DNA of 50,788 nucleotides from the NCBI GenBank assembly GCA_013239625.1, contig MU053811.1, positions 10,823 to 61,610 on the forward strand, given 5' to 3'. A program made the translations under genes and the position numbers. Positions 1-12,865 of this stretch are shown piece by piece. Every line of letters begins with the position of its first letter. Within the stretch, counting starts at the first letter, position 1. The stretch comes from Lama guanicoe. Lineage: Eukaryota. The notes beneath the pieces were generated by a model, which did no database searches, was not told the DNA's origin, and worked only from the letters and a program-made list of their open reading frames with translations.

Positions 1-1380
1 GATTTACTGTTAGAGCCTTAAAGAATAATATTTTCCTCAAAAGATATTACGGCAAAGGGATTTCTTTTGGTGGAACTGTTCCGGCATCAAATCTGGTGCA
101 TGTCTCAGGCCACTGGCAACATAGAGATGATAGAAATTAGGAGGCATTATAAACACAGAATCATTTTTAAAGGAATTAAAAAAACTGGATGTGTGTAAAC
201 AAAGAATCAGAGAATATTCTGGTGAAATAAATGTATTTTTCAGCTTAAGCAAGACACGGGGTGAATAAATCTAAAATGAAAAATCCACCCAGAGATTATC
301 AGCGAGTCATGCATGCAGTGTGAATAAACAAAACCAAGTTGTTTCCAAACCAGTCTGCAGGCTTGATGCCTTCATGAATCAAATCTGTGTGGCACCTTGC
401 CACCTCGAATACATGTTGATGAGGTATTTATAAGCCCTTCAACATCCCAAATCAAAGCCCACACATGAGCCACCAGACCATCACCTACACATTTGGAAAA
501 CACACAGCATGGTGAATAGCAATTTTCTTGTTCAGTAGCTGGTGGCAGGGAACTGTGAGCAGACAGAGATATAGGGACACAGAGACACCTCCCCTCACTC
601 AGCTGATAAACTTCCGTGCATTCCTGGGGACAGGATTGTCATAAAATGTACCATGGATTGATCCTCCTCCTAGGAAAGGAACCGTAGGGCTGTCATTAAG
701 TTTGAGCAGGGGTGGGTGGAGGATCTCAAAAGAGTTGTTTCAGCACAACTAATAGAATTGTTGGCCACCGTGACCACGAAAGACAAGTCCCCTGTCATCC
801 CGGTAGGCACTTGGGCTCCTGACAAAAGCTGGGCTCAGTAAAGGGTTGAGTTGAAGGCACAGACATGAGGGATGCCCCAGTAATAGGCAGGAGGTAGGGC
901 CTGGTTTATACTGCTCTGGGTGTATCCCAACCCCATCCGAATACGAAATCAGAAATTTGCAAAACAGCAGAGCTGGGGTGGATCATCTACTCCAGACTCC
1001 TCACCTTACAGTTAAAAGGGTGGCAATCCTGACAGACAAAGCAACGTGCTAAAGGCAGAACGTGAAAGTGGCAGTGCCAGATGAAACGCAGCGTGCAACC
1101 CCCGTACAAGGCCACTGACTCTGACGACGGGGCCAAAGTTTCCAACGAGGAGAATAACACAGTGTAAATATTTTGTTCCCCCTAGAACCCCAAATGTTTT
1201 TTAAAGGCACAAAAACTCACCTTAACTAGCTCTCTTCTGAGGGGGCTCTCTTCTTCTTCGTCTTTCTGTCTCCATTTCCCTCTCTCAGACACAAACACGT
1301 CCAGTTTTGTGAAAGGGGACTTTCTGCCATACAAAGACAGACTTCACATCTTCAGAAAGATACCTGACAAAGCACGTTTC

Positions 1381-1653
1381 TCAATTCAAGTCTTTGTGTG
1401 AGTTCTGGGCAACTGGCTTATTTTCTAGAACAATCGGTATTTACAAAATCAGGAGATCATCTTCCCCAAAGGAAGAGTTCTGGTCCGTGTTGGTAAAGTT
1501 GGGGATGTCACATTTCATGAGTCTGTTCGACTCCTCCTCTGGCCACCTGCTGCTTCTGATGGCTTCCTGGAGCCGAATATCACTGTAAAGGGCTATGGTA
1601 GGGATACCAGCTTTGGCCTTGTCCAAGTGGTCCACTTCATTGATGTAGCAGTG
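1381..1653 (-). pseudogene. MRAP2: MRAP2 (melanocortin-2 receptor accessory protein 2) last coding exon with premature stop; 5' part lost in N gap
   Basis: Translation HCYINEVDHLDKAKAGIPTIALYSDIRLQEAIRSSRWPEEESNRLMKCDIPNFTNTDQNSSFGEDDLLIL*IPIVLENKPVAQNSHKDLN* aligns to the recalled human MRAP2 C-terminus (HCYINEVERLDRAKA...LQEAIRSS...LMKFDIPNFVNTDQN.FGEDDLLISEPPIVLETKPLSQTSHKDLD). TAA at 1443-1441 replaces a Glu; the native-position TGA is at 1383-1381. Confidence 0.88.
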
Positions 1654-2532
1654 NNNNNNNNNNNNNNNNNNNNNNNNNNNNNNNNNNNNNNNNNNNNNNN
1701 NNNNNNNNNNNNNNNNNNNNNNNNNNNNNNNNNNNNNNNNNNNNNNNNNNNNNNNNNNNNNNNNNNNNNNNNNNNNNNNNNNNNNNNNNNNNNNNNNNNN
1801 NNNNNNNNNNNNNNNNNNNNNNNNNNNNNNNNNNNNNNNNNNNNNNNNNNNNNNNNNNNNNNNNNNNNNNNNNNNNNNNNNNNNNNNNNNNNNNNNNNNN
1901 NNNNNNNNNNNNNNNNNNNNNNNNNNNNCACGGGATGGGGTCATGTGTGTCAGGGTGCTGTCCTACCCACGTGTCTCCCCTGATTCTCAGAACTGACAGT
2001 GCTGCCCCATTGGGCATGAAATACCACCATTTCACAATGCATACGCAGGGCAGGNNNNNNNNNNNNNNNNNNNNNNNNNNNNNNNNNNNNNNNNNNNNNN
2101 NNNNNNNNNNNNNNNNNNNNNNNNNNNNNNNNNNNNNNNNNNNNNNNNNNNNNNNNNNNNNNNNNNNNNNNNNNNNNNNNNNNNNNNNNNNNNNNNNNNN
2201 NNNNNNNNNNNNNNNNNNNNNNNNNNNNNNNNNNNNNNNNNNNNNNNNNNNNNNNNNNNNNNNNNNNNNNNNNNNNNNNNNNNNNNNNNNNNNNNNNNNN
2301 NNNNNNNNNNNNNNNNNNNNNNNNNNNNNNNNNNNNNNNNNNNNNNNNNNNNNNNNNNNNNNNNNNNNNNNNNNNNNNNNNNNNNNNNNNNNNNNNNNNN
2401 NNNNNNNNNNNNNNNNNNNNNNNNNNNNNNNNNNNNNNNNNNNNNNNNNNNNNNNNNNNNNNNNNNNNNNNNNNNNNNNNNNNNNNNNNNNNNNNNNNNN
2501 NNNNNNNNNNNNNNNNNNNNNNNNNNNNNNNN
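1654..2532. other. Assembly gaps (N 1654-1928 and 2055-2532) around a 126-bp island
   Basis: N runs seen directly. Confidence 0.98.
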
Positions 2533-3099
2533 CTCGTTGACCACTCAAGAAATGTGATGTGAAGATCAATGATTTACACAGGAGTACAACATTCACTAGG
2601 TCGTGGATTTAGAATCAGAGAAAAATCATTTGAGAAAGATTGACAGAATGTAGCTTTAATGCGAATTTAAGTATTCTTAACTTTCAGTAAATCATCTTCC
2701 CCTACTTATCACTTCACCCAAGTTTAAAAGATGTTTGAGAACAGGGATGAGTGTGCCAGGAATCTGTGACCCAATAACCTAAAATGTCACCTAGGAAAAC
2801 GAGGGGAGTAACACATTTTTAAAAAGCGTGGTGAGGATTGCGGGGCCACAGCCAACTCCAGACTAAGAAGCTCTGAGTAATAGCTTTCCTGCCTGCCTGG
2901 GGCATCAGCTGATGTGAAAATCCACCCAGAAAACTCACTGTCCAGCAGCTCTTCCATAACACAGGCTACAGTTTCTCAGAATTAATAATTGCGTCCAGTA
3001 ACCTCTTCGCTGAAGAATAAAGACAAAGAAGAACAAGAGAGTTCTGCCCCTCCACAGGGGAGAGCCCAGACCTTAGGCTGCATGCACTGCGCCCACCTC

Positions 3100-5150
3100 C
3101 CAGGAGAAGAATAAACTGGAAAAGGGCTTTCTGCGAAACTGGGGCAGCAAAGGTTGAGATGGGAACAAATTGACCAGCTGGCCAGGGACAGCACCCTCCG
3201 TCGCTGCCTTGGCGGCTGCCTCAGCCCCCTCAGCCCATCCTGCCCACCTCCGGTGGCAAAGCTGTCAGGGAAACTGCTTTGCGACCTGGAGCAACAGAGG
3301 CTGCCCTTAGGCCAAGCTGCGGAAAAGATGGGAGCTAAACCCCCAGCTCCCAAGCAGCAGGCTCCATACCCTCGCCAACACCCCGCGGCTCCCGCACCCT
3401 TCTGCAACCCCGAGGAAATATGGCCGAAGAAGTGTGACCTGGGAAACAGGGGCAGCAGAGGCCGCCCCCATGTCAGGCCTCCAGAGAGATTGGTGCTTAT
3501 CCTCCAGCTCTCAAGGGGCAGCCCCCTGTCCTCTCCACCCCCTGATCTCACGGCGCCCAACTCCCAGGAGCAACCAGACCCGGTGTGGGGTGTCAGGCGA
3601 ATCTTGCGCGGGAGAGGACGTCCCCAGGCCAGGTCAGGGGAGAGGAGAAGAAGTGGCCCCATTAGGCGGGGCAGCCGGCCGTCGCAACTACCTCTGCCCC
3701 TCGACCGCATCGAGCCTGTCTCCCAGGAGCAAGCTGACCTGGAGACGGGCATCCGGCTTCTTGGGCAGCAGAGGATGCCCCCAGGATTGGCCGCGGGGAA
3801 GAGGAGAGCAGATTGACAGGCTCCGCGCTGCAGGTCTTCTACCCCCGCCGTCGCCACCCCCGCACCTTAAAGGCACCGCCCAGGGTGCCCCTCCCCCAGC
3901 AGGCTGAGTGGGACAGCTGCATCTGGTGATCTGGGACAGGAGAGGCCACTCCCACACCAGGCCATCGGGGAGACGGGAGCCAATCCACCAGCTCCCCAAG
4001 GCAGCCCCTACCCCCGCAGCAGCCACCACTCTTGCCCCTGACCTCACAGTGGCCTCCTCTAGGGAGCAGGCTGACCTGGAGATGGACGTCCGGCGAACTT
4101 GAGCAACAGGGACCGCCCCCAGGGCAAACCATGGGGGAAGTGGGAGCAAATGGACAAGCTCCATGGGAAAACCTACCGTTGCTGCCACCACCCCCAAAGT
4201 ACCAAGTCCAACTCCCGGGGTCAGGCCGAGTAGGATACACGCGTCTCGTAACACAAGGCAACAGCAACCGCCCCCAGGACAAGACGCGGGGAAGATGGGA
4301 GCAAATGGGCCGCTCCCCCGCTGTAGGCCCCCGACCACCACCACCCCTGCACCCTGACTACACTGCCTCCCGCCCCCAGCAGTCAAAGTGGGACGGGGTG
4401 TCCCGGGACCTGGAGAAGCAGAGGCCGCCTTCATGCCACGCGGTGCAGACATGGAGCTAATCCACAAGCTCCTCCGGGGCAGCCTCCCTATGCCCGCAGC
4501 CACCACCTTACCAGCCCCCTGACCGCACCGCACCCATCTCCCAGGAGCAAGCTCACCTAGAGTCGGACCTCAGGCAAATCTCCGGGCGGCAGAGGTCGCC
4601 CCCAAGCCAGGCCGCGGGGGAGAGAAGAAATGGAGCAGCTCCCTGGAACACATCCCCTGCCCCTGCCGCCTCCGCCGCCGCCTCCCAGAAGCAAGCTCAT
4701 CTGGAGACCCGCTTCCCGCCTCTAGGGCAGTAGAAGCCGCCCCTGGCTCCGCCGCCGGGAGGAGCGGAGCGAATTGACCGGCTCCCCCGCGGCAGCTCCC
4801 CTCCCCCCGTGGGCCCCGCACCTTAACGGCGCCGCCCCCATTCCCCATTCAGGAAGCTGAGTGGGACAGGCGTGTTCGGCGACCTGGGGAAGCAGAGGCC
4901 GCTCCCAGGCCCAGCAGCCAGGACAAGGCAGCTATTCCACCCGTTCGCCAGGGGCAGCCCCGCTCCTCCCCTCTGCCGCTGCCGCGGCCCGCTGATCTAA
5001 CCGCCCCACCTACCAGGAGCAAGCTTACCTGGAGTCCAACATCTGGCGAATCTCCGGCGGCCAATCCCCACCCCAGGCCAGGCTGCAGGGAAGAGAAGAA
5101 ATCGACCGGCTTGCCCGGGCAGCCTCCCAACCTCCACCGCTCCCGCCGCC
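3100..5150. repeat. GC/CpG-rich diverged tandem array, ~13 monomers of ~140-170 bp with ~480-bp higher-order period
   Basis: A CAGAGG-like landmark within ...caggagcaagctgacctggag...cagaggccgccc...ggccgcggggaaga... recurs at about 3148, 3295, 3456, 3612, 3769, 3940, 4107, 4254, 4419, 4590, 4731, 4893 and 5061. Confidence 0.85.
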
Positions 5151-5473
5151 GCCGCCTCTGCCGCCCCAAAGCATTGCAATAGCCTCCCGGGGTCAGGCTG
5201 ACTGCAAGGATGTGCACTTGCCTTCTAATCCTGGCCACGTCCCTGAGCACCTCCCTGCATCCCTACACTCCATGCACCTCTGCTACTCTCTGCTATTCTG
5301 CTTCCCTCCACCCCCGCATCCCCTGAAATGCCTGCGCCCTCCACAGCCCCTGCACCCCTGTCACCAGTTACACTTTTGCACTGCTTACACTCCTGCACCC
5401 CTGCATGTCCCACACACCACCTCTTGGGCCTTTGGCAGAGTCTCTGCTGTTAGACCAATGCACAGTGACTCAC

Positions 5474-5803
5474 TCTTTGCCAGTATATGATGCATCAGTG
5501 GACGTCAGGGGTTGCCTGCAGGAAGGTACATGTTCCCGGTCACTAGCCTGGGCCACTAGGGTGATCTCTGTGAGGTCACCCAGGACGGGTTCAGAGATGC
5601 TGTTCTCTGGGAAGAGAGGAGTTGAAACCGGTCTTGAGGGCAGAGCTGTGCTCACCAGGCCGTCCACGCTTCATGTTTTACACAGGGCTTCGGAGAAGTG
5701 AAATGGATCCGGCCAAGTAATACCGGCCTGCTGTGAGCCCACCTCAGTCCTGGGCTCTGAGTCAGACCGACTGGCTCCCTCAATCAGGGCCCAGTTTGGG
5801 CAC
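5474..5803 (-). pseudogene. Candidate exon remnant of an unidentified gene
   Basis: CAG|...AAAGA|GTGAGT; 330 nt, phase-symmetric; one frame (CPNWALIEG...LCKT*SVDGLVSTALPSRPVSTPLFPENSISEPVLGDLTEITLVAQ...) has a single TGA. The polypyrimidine tract is weak and the parent is not recognised. Confidence 0.25.
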
Positions 5804-8800
5804 CTGAATGGTCCCTTTGAGGCATCCCATCAGTTCTCAGGAAGAAGTCTGTCTGCCTCCACCCCATGGCCCTCCCTCCTACTGTGCTGGCCTCAGGAAG
5901 GTTCCTTATCTGGGGAAGAAGGCAGCCCACCCCCTACCCTACCCCTCACCGTGCTCTCACCCAGGCTGGTGCTCTCTCTGCCCGTCAGAGTCTGGGAAGC
6001 CATCCCACTTCAGTTATGTCCCTTCTGAGATGGACTTGCTTCCACTCAATTCTAGGCGAGGATGCACCATGGAATGCACTGGGTAAGAGAACCAAAATAA
6101 ATAATTTCTTCTGTGAGGTTGTCTGTTTTTCTACTGGGGCCGGGCTGTGTGTAGTTTGCTATAGCTATTGGTGTGAGAGGCTAAAAAAACAGCCTGTCTT
6201 GTTTTCATCTCCCCGCTGTCTTTGGGTTTTCCCAAGACACTCCTGAGACATTTACTTCTTTTAGTTTTATTCCTGTTATTACACAGGGGTCCTACTGACA
6301 TGGAGGTAAGATGTTGGAGGAGCGGGACAGAGCAGGGCATCTGCAGTCCTGTGATTAGTTCTCATTGAGCCTGTGCCCTGAGCTGTGACCTCCACAAGTG
6401 TGTCTCTTTCCCCCCACCCCAATTTGGGTGACACAGAAGGGATTTCCCTTCTCCCAGGTTGGTTAGGCTCTGGTAAAATAATTTTTCATTAAAAAAACAA
6501 ACAAAAAACAACTTCTCCCAATGAAACAGAATGTTCTGGGTGTATTTCAATAGAGTTATTTTCTCCTTTCCAGGCAGGAAGCATGAGGAGTTTTCCTCTG
6601 ACCTTCATTCTGAGAACAGGGTACGGCCCTGGCGGTAAAATGCAAGAAAAAGAGCAGGGGGCCCCTCTGACTGGCCCCCTGGAGCTGTCACACTCAGATT
6701 TCCCCACGCTGAGACTCCCGCTGGCCTCAGGGACCTGTTAAATCTGCCTGCCCCCAGGGTTCTTAGAAAAGCGTGTCCTTCCCTGGGAACTGTGATTCTC
6801 CAAGCCTGCTTGGCTGCCTCTATGGGTTGGGAGCAGCTTTCCCCCTCAGTTTCCTTATGGATCTAAGAAGAGCAGTGGGTTTTCAGCTCCCTCAGCTCTG
6901 GTATTGTTTTCAGGACAGAAGGAGCAACTGCTGAGCTCCTCACAAGCTGGACTAGAGGCTGCAAGCCTCCCCTCCTCTGCCTCCATGCAGACAATCAGTG
7001 GCTATGGTTCTAGCCGAGTTTCTGAAGATCTGGATTTAAACACACACATCCCAGCCCCCACAGGAGCACACAGTCCAATAAATCCCTACAACTTCCACTG
7101 GTAACTATGGAGCTGATGAGGACACGGGTTTCGGTGCCGCAGAGGCCTGACTGCGCGACTTGCTCCGTGGACTATTTATGTGGTTGCTCTGGGCCTTGTC
7201 TGAAGTGGCTTGCTTACTATACCTGGTACATGGGAAATATAAAATAAGTATAAGAACCTCCATTTTTTCTCCCTCTTGGGCCTTCCAACCTAAAAAGTAA
7301 TAAGTGAACTCAGACGGCATAGTCACCACAAAGATGTCAGACCACCCTGGCTCTCCTGAGTGACCGGCACTGACTTGCACATTAACTCGGAATAGTAGGG
7401 GAACCGCCTTCCTCTAACTGGGCCTCTCCCCACACCAGGCACGCCCTCAGCTGAGACAGGGCCAACTCCCCCACTGAGGTGTGTGCTGGTGGCTTCAGTG
7501 TGACCTGGCCCTGCCGGGACACGAGCCTGCATTGAGGTGGAGGGTCAGGAGGAGAGGGTCCCTGCTGGGGCAGCAGGGGGCCCGGTGACACCCTGCCCAG
7601 CCTGGTGCATGGGGCTCCCCAACATCTCCTACGGCCCCCAGGTCGGCTCTGGTCCGGGCAACTGCATGCACCCACCCAGTATCTTTTCATTAAGTCCCTT
7701 TTCTGCTTTTATCAGACAGAGGTGGCTACTGTTGCTTGTTAAGTGAAACAGTGCATAAGGAAACCAGAATATTTCTAAGATCAGTAAAATTCCAACTTCG
7801 GTCAGCTCACCAGGCAGACCGTGCTGCACAAGTTCCCGCACAGGGCTGTGCAAATGCCTTACATGAAGGGTCCTCATCATCTGTCTTCAGAGATACAGAA
7901 GTTGGTGGTTCAGGTAAAACCTCATGGAGGGATTGAGAAATCCAAAGCTGGTTGGTTTCAGAGACTAACCGGTCGGACCAGACCCCTGAGCTGTGGTCAG
8001 AAGCCTGGCTCAATGTCACGCAGACTCAGCGCCCTAAGTGTCCGGTGGGGCCGATGCTGTTCCCTTCACAGGCTCTCGTTGGGGTGTCACTGTAGCCCCT
8101 TACACTCAGCAGGGAATCCAGCCCTCTTAGCCCCCACCCTGAGTGTTCCATGACACAAATCTCGGGAATGTTTAATTTTCATCTTTGTTTAGGAGGATGA
8201 AAGTGAGGCAAGAGGAGACATAAATTCACACTTAGTGACACCAAGTCACAGCCAGTACCTCCTCCTCGGAGAGCTATGTGCTCCCACAGTGGTGGCTGGG
8301 GGGAAGGGCAGAGCACCTGCACTGGTCACAGAGGGACTCTCTCCTCTGGCTGCAACTGATGGGTTGGACAACAAATCCAGAGGGGACAGAGCATCTTTCC
8401 CGGGAATTTGGAACTGACACACAGAAATTAATTTCACTCATCTGGGGATTGGGAGGAGGGTGGGAATCAAATGAAACCAGAGCAGGAGAGAAAGTTACAA
8501 GTGAAAGAGAAAGAGACAGAGAGACTGAGCTCGTGAGAGCAAATAGTGGGAAGGACAGAAAACAATCGGGACAGAGGAATTTCAGCTTCTGGCTGTCTAG
8601 TGTGTCCCAGCCCATCAAAGAACCTGCGGGATGGTTAACGTCATTCCAGTTTTGTAGATTAGGAAACACATTAATTGTCACTGACCCCTCACTTCCCACT
8701 GCCTGAAGGCACCATGATCCTCACAGGGACCCTGCTGTGCTGACAACCCATCACCCTGATCAAAGGGACCCGGTGGGAGTGGGAACCCCTGAGTGTGGAG

Positions 8801-9764
8801 AGTTCCCTGCACCGAGATGCCATGCATCAGCAGGTTCCCGCTCGCCCCAGGTTAACATCTCCCCAGCGGTGCAGTCTCCCGACCCGCTTCCCTCCCTGCC
8901 AGGCACCTCCGTTCTTACCACCGAGTGTACTGCAGGAATTCAGGCACAGGGATGCCCAAAGCAACACGAGCCCACCAGCAGTACAAACAGCAGACTCCCA
9001 GCCCCACCTGGGCCCAATGGGGATATTAGGTGTCTTCACCTTTCATGTATCTAAGGCAATTTGTTTCTTCAGCTGGAGGCTATAGAGAAAAATAAAAGTT
9101 CCAAAACATCATTCAGTGAGGAATTCCTCCAAGGACCTGACTCCAGAGTCTACAACCAGTTGTGCTGGCCGCTCCTACCCCCGGACTTTGGGTGAGGTGG
9201 ATTATTGATCAGCATAATCGCCGGTGGCCCAGCTCCTGGGCTTGGCTGCCCAGAGGGGGCTGGGGAAATGGGTAAGACCAGGGCACTCAGGAAGAGCACA
9301 GAGGACCTGGCCTCTCCCCTCCACACTTGTAAACCTTTCCCCAAATCTCAAGGCATCGGACAGAATGCAGCTACCACAATAATGAGATGCTCCCAACTCT
9401 TCACTCACTCCTGTCGTTTCACTTACGTGCTGAGCACCCACTGGGTTACAGGACATGACACACAGGATGGCCGATGGGACAGGCTTGGTACTTCCCCCTG
9501 GATCCTGTTCGATCTGATGGAAGAATGATCACTCATAAACGGTTTCTCAGAAGGATACATAGACAGAAGAGAAACTGCAGAGTGAATCAAATTTTAAAAT
9601 ATAAATGAAGATCCCCCAGTCTCTCCGCCTAAGGTTAACACCATAAAGAAAATAGATCTTGCCTTTGATCACCAAGGAAGTGGTCACCCCCTCTCAGGAG
9701 GATAGGAGAGTTATTCTTTGAGCAGGACACACAAGTGCTCCATCGAATTGGACCAGGACCTCTG

Positions 9765-12190
9765 CATTCATTCAGCAAATCTGTATAAGCTCCTACTACA
9801 TATGGGAATCTAGTAACTATACCCATTCCCAAGGGTCTTGGGCTTTATTAATCAACAAATTAGACACGACTCCCCATCACTGGGGGCTCAGAGTTTTAGC
9901 AGAGGAAACAGGCAGCATGTTTGGGGTAGCAAGAGCTTGGGGAAAAATAAGGGTGATATGAGCAAACTCAGGTGATGGTGGTGGGGTGCGAGGCAGGGAG
10001 GAGGGAAGAAGGCAATCCTGGCAGATCTCACGGAGTAATGAACTTGAAGCAGCATAGATCCGGAGGAAGAAGGAAGAGCCGGAGCCAGAGGCCCCCAGAG
10101 TGAGGGGGAGAGTGTGGGCAGAGAGGCAGAGAACGCCAGGTCCTGGAAGACTTTGGGACGACTTTGGCTCCTAATGAAATGGTGACCCTTTTAGTGAGTT
10201 TTGATGGGATGGGTGATGTCCAATTTATGCTTTTGTTTTGGTTTTTTGGGGGGAGGGTAATTTATTTATTTTCGTGAAGGTGCTGTTGTTTGAACCCAGG
10301 ATCTCATGCATGCTAAGCTGCACCCACTCCCTCAATGTATGCTTTTATAGGCTCCCTCTGACTCTGTGCGGATGAGATTGTAGAAAACAAAGATGGAAGA
10401 AGGCGGCTATTTGGTGTCCAAGAAGGGGCAGAAGGTGGCTCCTAGGAGGCTGGGGAACAGGGAGTACGTGGTTAATGAACAGAGAGTAGCCAGAATTTTC
10501 TAACAAGCTGGATTTGCTGTGTGTCTGTGTGTGTGTAAGAGAAAGAGAGAGAAAGAACATGGTTCCAACATCTGGACCTGGAAAATGGGATGGATATCCT
10601 CTCCATCCACAGGGGATGAGAAAAGATGGGGCTGAGCAGGTGGAAAGGGGCTGGAATCAGCTCAGATCTTCAATGTCATGGTTAAGGAGACTTAGATATT
10701 GCCACAGAAATGCCTAATAGGTAGAGGAGTCTGGGGTTTTTTTTTCCTTTCTTTTTAACATTAAAAAATATACTTTAAATGTATTAATTTTATTATGTTA
10801 ATGAATCTGGAATTTTATTTCATGCCAAGGTGTATGTTATAATAGCCAAATGGAAAATATATCAGAAAAGGTGAGAAATGAGGGCTTTCACATAAACTGA
10901 CTGTCCATAACTTAGATAAAATTTCAATAAAACCAGTCTTCAGTACAAAATCCTCATCTTGGTGTTACATAAAATTAAATGAAAAAGGACTATGTTGATG
11001 TATTATTATTTCATGTTACATAATAGCTCCAAACAAACACACTGTTTAACTATGAGGCTTGTAGAAATACTATTCACTTTATTGACATAAAAACCGAAAT
11101 GCAGAAAGGTTCTAAGGTAGAATAAGCATCTTAGTGGAAATAAAAGTGATCTGAGCATTTTACATGGTATGTATGGACTGATTCAAAATTTGGAAAAGTA
11201 ATTTACACAGTAGAAAATATGTATGAATGTGAAAGCAAGATGAATGAAAGAAAAAGAATATGAGTATCAGGGAGAGAGTTCCAAATGGAAAGGGCCAATC
11301 AGGGAGATTTGGACAAATCGAGAAATTGATGGTATGTCAATTTCCAAGTCTGGTTGCTTCCACCAAAGTTATAGCAGAGAGATAGTGGAGAGACCCAGGA
11401 CACACCTCCGGGGCACATTTGCAGTAAATGTTTGGAAAAAAGAGGAGACTTTGGCAAAAGACCAGCCAGTGGATCGAAAGCAGAGCGATGGGCTGGAGGC
11501 CAAGTAAAGCAGGAACACGGGGGAGGAGGGATGGAAGGGCTGGGTCAAATGCTGCCAAAGGGCCACGCATGATGAAGACTAAAAACTGACCACTATATTT
11601 AGCAACGTGGGGTCACTGATGGCCTTCACAGAGCAGTTTCCATAGAGTGAGGGATCAGGGGAAAAGCCAGAGTGGGTGCAAATGGGAATGGCTCAAGAGA
11701 ATATGCAGACAGTGAGTTTAAAGTACTAATTAAAGATTTGCTGCAAAGACATGGGGTGGCAATTGGTGGGGGCGAATTAGGGTCAAAGAGTGCTGTTTGT
11801 TTCTTTTAAGAGGATGGACTTTTATATACTGAAAAGAGACAAGTAGCAGGAGAACAAAATAGATGAGGTAGTGACAGAGAGGATGGATGTAGGAGTGACA
11901 GCCCGGAGAAGATTGGATGGATGGCCCCCCTGGCGACTTTTGGATGATCTGGCTATCGATGTCACCTGTAATAAGAGGTGGGGCAGCGAGAGTGAGGTCA
12001 CAGACATCAGAAGGCCAGCGTATGTGCTGGGATTTGCTGGTGAAAGTTCTCTTCTGTTGGCTTCAGTTTGCCTGGTCAAAGTAGAAATGTAAACTTACCA
12101 GCTGAGGAACGAGGAGGAAGAGTTACTGGAGTCATGAGCAGAAGATACAAAAGAGCCTTCAGGGACAATGGGACAGTGAAAAGAGCAAGG
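9765..12190 (-). mobile_element. Fragmented LINE-2 remnants with later insertions
   Basis: L2 3'-end signature cattcattcagcaaat at ~9765 and L2-like purine-rich tracts at 10.4-10.7 kb and 11.5-12.2 kb; bounds approximate. Confidence 0.55.
10232..10334 (-). mobile_element. Degenerate tRNA-derived SINE (Vic-1-like, camelid type)
   Basis: T-rich tail followed by ttgaacccaggatctcatgcatgctaagc, the reverse complement of the B-box region; same family as the copies at 30.4 and 47.9 kb. Confidence 0.7.
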
Positions 12191-12779
12191 GGAGACGGGG
12201 GGGGAGTGTGCTCTCAGAAAGTTACATTTTATCTTTGAGGTCCCCAAGTGTTGGATGTGTGATTGCCCTTCCTACTGTCTAAGAAATAAAAATTAAATAC
12301 TGTTCAGGGAAAATGCTATTTCATTCTAAGAGGCTGCCTGTTTCTCAGGAATGGTCATCTTAAACTGCAAACATTACAAAAATGTTGAAAAGAAGAACTT
12401 GTGTACCCAATGACCCACTATTTTCTTAAATTTAGTTGCTATTAGTTCCCCTATCAATACCACAGAACCGATACTGCCTAGGATGGAGATACATCGATGC
12501 TTAAATGGAAATGAAATCTGTATCTTTTTCCTAAAATCCATGACTTCCTTAACATCCCATTCCCCTTGGAATTTAGGGGTGTCCTGTATAAGAAATGAGA
12601 AACAGTTTGAGAAAATCCCGGCTCAGAATTACACAGCACAACCTCAGCTCAGAAATGTACAGCCGTAAAAATGTTTAGAAGCAAAACTCCGTAACTACTC
12701 TTAAAGTATTTTGCAAACATGGGCCTGCCCAGATGTTTCCAAACTAGAAAGGTACTCCAATCACTTGACCGGTACGGGA

Positions 12780-12865
12780 ACTAGAGGCTGGTCAGCCTTT
12801 TCTGTAAAAGCAAGAGAGTAAATATTTTCAGCTTTGCAGATCATTTTGTTGTAACCATGCCGGTC
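12780..12865 (+). mobile_element. hAT-Charlie (MER58-like) fragment
   Basis: ttttctgtaaaagcaagagagtaaatattttcagctttgcag resembles the MER58 5' end. Confidence 0.5.

Noticed and set aside
3100..5150. CRISPR-like repeat-spacer appearance
   Set aside because: Eukaryotic DNA; the whole monomer is homologous (no unique spacers), repeats are diverged and there are no cas genes
2982..5250. Long overlapping ORFs (up to 291 aa) on both strands
   Set aside because: They lie within the GC-rich tandem array, where stops are rare; low-complexity Pro/Gly/Arg translations and no frame conserved between monomers
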